A stretch of 36,019 nucleotides of DNA from NCBI RefSeq assembly GCF_001194135.2, contig NC_068994.1:24657595-24693613 (forward strand), given 5' to 3'. Both the position numbers and the translations under genes were made by a program. This DNA comes from Octopus bimaculoides (lineage: Eukaryota). Below, piece by piece: positions 33,045 through 36,019 of the stretch. The notes beneath the pieces are model-generated. The model did not search any database, was not told where the DNA came from, and saw only the letters and a program-made list of their open reading frames with translations. Positions within the stretch are counted from its first letter, which is position 1. Each line of letters begins with the position of its first letter.

Positions 33045-34713
33045 TTAACAGAACGTTCTGAAGCAAGCCACCACGCTAGCGGCATCGCTACGGGAAATGG
33101 CGAGGTTAAGGTGGAACAGCAAAGCACCCACACGAGTACCATTTGACACCTCGGTAAGGCAAGCTGCCAATAACGACAAGAACTTCGTTGTTTGCGGTTC
33201 AGTCCCTCCAGACATCTCAAGCACTACAGGCTAGAATAGATAGTTCACCGACAGGTCCCGAAACTTGAGGATTTTGTTCCGTTCGGCTACGGAAATAGTA
33301 ACCCTTCCCATTTACCGCAGCATCCAGGATGTGGGTGAGAACAAAGGAGTCACAGACTGTGGTGTCCCATATGAGACACCTACCTCTTATATCTGATTTC
33401 ATTTCATCACTTCTGGATAATCCCGCCCACTCCAGAACAGAGGGGATAATAACCCGAGCCAGGGCCCGCTTAATAAGTTTAGCTCGGTGTGACGAGTGAA
33501 ACGACCAGCATTTAGGCGGCAAAACAAACCATGAAGGCTTGTGGAGTCGAGGGGGCCTACCACAGCGACTTCTCAGTCTCTCGCTGAGGTCGGCTCCCAC
33601 TCTGAGTGCAATGGAGATATGAAGCTCATCCAGACTGAGTAGACTACTAATGTTGGCTACAGGCAGGGCATCAATCCAGTCCCCCGAGAGTTTCGCACTT
33701 GCAGAAAGTAGGCGACACTTTGAAAATTGATCAGACTGCTCAAAAAGAGAGTTGAAAGTAGCACCTGCGTGCAGATTGCCTCATACTCTCTGCTTCCGTC
33801 TATCCTCAGCTGTATCAGGAGTTGACGAACCCAGCACTCTCCACTGTAGCAGAGCTTCATTCATATCCCTGTTGGAACTAATCATTGTTGGAAAGGAGAA
33901 GATGTTGCCTACCAAAGGGGAGCAAGTGCGGATGGAGGAAAGAAAAAAGAGAAAAGATATAGAGCTGGCTCAAGGTACCGGTATCTTGGGCAGTCGCCCG
34001 GTGCGCCATGTGCAGGGGGTGCCAAGGAGAGTATGACAAAGACAAGGAAATTTCCACGACCGTCAGCTTGTACACGTCGAAGTTTAGCTTGCCCGTGGCA
34101 AGCTAAACCTAGAACCACAAACCGTTTGGGTAAAGCAGTCTAGTGGCGGGACTCTGGAGAGAGTCTGCTATTGACCAAGCATTCGAGTTCCCTGAAGATT
34201 GATCAAGGTTAGTAATCTTGGATCGAAAGATGCACCCGAAAGCTCGGTCAGTGATTGGGATTCTAAGACAGTAAGACGTTGATGAGGGAGGACCGTGACA
34301 GAGGGGAAGAATGTAAACAGGTTTACAGTTTGCTAATGTAAAGCTCGATGGTTGAGGTGCCAGAGCTTGCATTTGAAACTGTTGAAGCTAAGGCCCCTAC
34401 GATCAAGTTTTTCACTCCTCATCCTCGCAATTACAAAGAACTTATTAGGAGCTCCCACCCAAACAAGCATCATCAAGATACCAGACATCCTAGTCCAGAT
34501 CACCTCCCATTTTGGTAACGTCATCAGTGCAAATAGAACAGGTCCAAGCGGATCACCTAATAGTACTCCGGACGCAGATGGGATGAGATGATCACCAAAA
34601 GAGAGGTGGGAGGTGGGGATGGCTCCCGATAAGCCTGCCAAGCAAAGTGGAAGAGCTGTGGGGCATTTTCGCTTACTGCACCAGGGATGACATCTCGACT
34701 GATGGAATTGAAA
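33045..34713 (-). mobile_element. CRE-clade non-LTR retrotransposon (RT, zinc-knuckle region, RLE), degenerate, 5' part missing
   Basis: FNSISRDVIPGAVSENAPQLFHFAWQAY; HLSFGDHLIPSASGVLLGDPLGPVLFAL; W.LDDASVG; GLSFNSFKCKL; CRCG; IKRALARVIIPSVLEWAGLSRSD...CLIWDTTVCDSF; F*PVVLEMSG...LNLAISRSDAASVVAC*. Confidence 0.85.
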
Positions 34714-34742
34714 GTGTGTATGTATGCACATATGTGTATTTA

Positions 34743-34773
<31 letters not shown>

Positions 34774-35253
34774 NNNNNNNNNNNNNNNNNNNNNNNNNNN
34801 NNNNNNNNNNNNNNNNNNNNNNNNNNNNNNNNNNNNNNNNNNNNNNNNNNNNNNNNNNNNNNNNNNNNNNNNNNNNNNNNNNNNNNNNNNNNNNNNNNNN
34901 NNNNNNNNNNNNNNNNNNNNNNNNNNNNNNNNNNNNNNNNNNNNNNNNNNNNNNNNNNNNNNNNNNNNNNNNNNNNNNNNNNNNNNNNNNNNNNNNNNNN
35001 NNNNNNNNNNNNNNNNNNNNNNNNNNNNNNNNNNNNNNNNNNNNNNNNNNNNNNNNNNNNNNNNNNNNNNNNNNNNNNNNNNNNNNNNNNNNNNNNNNNN
35101 NNNNNNNNNNNNNNNNNNNNNNNNNNNNNNNNNNNNNNNNNNNNNNNNNNNNNNNNNNNNNNNNNNNNNNNNNNNNNNNNNNNNNNNNNNNNNNNNNNNN
35201 NNNNNNNNNNNNNNNNNNNNNNNNNNNNNNNNNNNNNNNNNNNNNNNNNNNNN

Positions 35254-35288
<35 letters not shown>

Positions 35289-35540
35289 ATAAGACTTTAT
35301 CCATATAGTCTTTATCCGTATATTTTATGCAAGACTTTATCCATAAAATATATTTCTAACTTTGCCATTGTTCTCTTTATCCTTTTCTCTCTTTAAGCAT
35401 ACACACGCTTATACACGACCTATGTTATAATCCCCACTCTTGTTTATACAACGAAAGGGGCAAAACTAGCCGGTATACAGCACTGACTCGGTATTACCTG
35501 TATCTTTGGGTTTGGTTGAATCCAATACCCTTCTTAACCT

Positions 35541-35546
<6 letters not shown>

Positions 35547-35593
<47 letters not shown>
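35547..35593. repeat. (TG)n microsatellite
   Basis: Direct tandem repeat. Confidence 0.95.
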
Positions 35594-35595
<2 letters not shown>

Positions 35596-35932
35596 TTAAA
35601 ATGGGGAAGGCCGGTTTATGAGATTACCTTAGGGTCACGTCTTTAGCTTTATGGCGTATCGTCAATCCCCCTCTGTATTTTGAAAAGGTCATGGGCCAAC
35701 AGGCTTTTGGCGAAGGAAAAGAATACGCACCCTCGGTGTTTAGGATTAGGGTTAGGGATTAGGGCTAGGGTTAGGATTAATGTTAGGGTTTTTGTTACAC
35801 TGAAAAGGGTTGGTATGCGTATTCTTTTTCTCCGCCCAGGTTTTTGGGATCTGACGATACGCCATAAAGGTAAAACTTTTTATGGACGGGAAACCTAAGT
35901 TAATCCCATAAACCGGCTTTCTCCATTTTTAA
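35596..35932. mobile_element. Fold-back MITE-like element with central degenerate (TTAGGG)n
   Basis: Arms TTAAAATGG.GAA.GCCGGTTTATG.GATTA.CTTAGG...CTTTATGGCGTATCGTCA and GAAAAGAATACGCA are present in inverted orientation on both sides. Eight TTAGGG-like units occupy 35740-35788. Confidence 0.8.
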
Positions 35933-35991
35933 TATATATTGCTCTACATCTTAGAGTGTGCTTCTTTCGGATTTATATTTTTACAAGCGCT

Positions 35992-36019
35992 ATATATATA
36001 TATATATATATATATATAT
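35992..36019. repeat. (TA)n microsatellite
   Basis: Direct tandem repeat at the window end. Confidence 0.95.

Noticed and set aside
35740-35788. True telomere or chromosome end
   Set aside because: Only eight degenerate units, internal, and enclosed by inverted repeats.

Overview
Eukaryotic, AT-rich, microsatellite-dense, gapped (N-run) genomic window with no host protein-coding exon that I can recognise. The repeat repertoire (RTE tails ending in (GAT)n, CORE-type tRNA SINEs, abundant (TA)n/(CATA)n) looks like an octopus genome; this is my recollection and inference, not a database result. Almost all ORF-track entries are microsatellite or N-gap artefacts or pieces of dead transposons. The window is a transposon graveyard containing: a DD37E Tc1-like element (393-1599), maT/DD37D pieces (2607-2775, 20541-21405), a Charlie/SPIN-type hAT 3' end, a deleted mariner (17003-17861), a divergent hAT-like element with TAGGGT termini nested in a TTAA-flanked MITE (27991-30844), RTE, R4/Dong and CRE non-LTR retrotransposons, and several Penelope-like elements (PLEs). 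The most interesting signals are: (i) at least six degenerate type I hammerhead-ribozyme-like motifs with palindromic helix III loops, associated with PLE fragments, including a ~200 bp inverted-repeat pair; (ii) a PLE 3' module that runs GIY-YIG ORF, tRNA-like Pol III unit, hammerhead; (iii) an R4/Dong LINE whose 3' end sits in (TACA)n microsatellites twice; and (iv) a fold-back MITE carrying a telomeric TTAGGG G-quadruplex in its loop.
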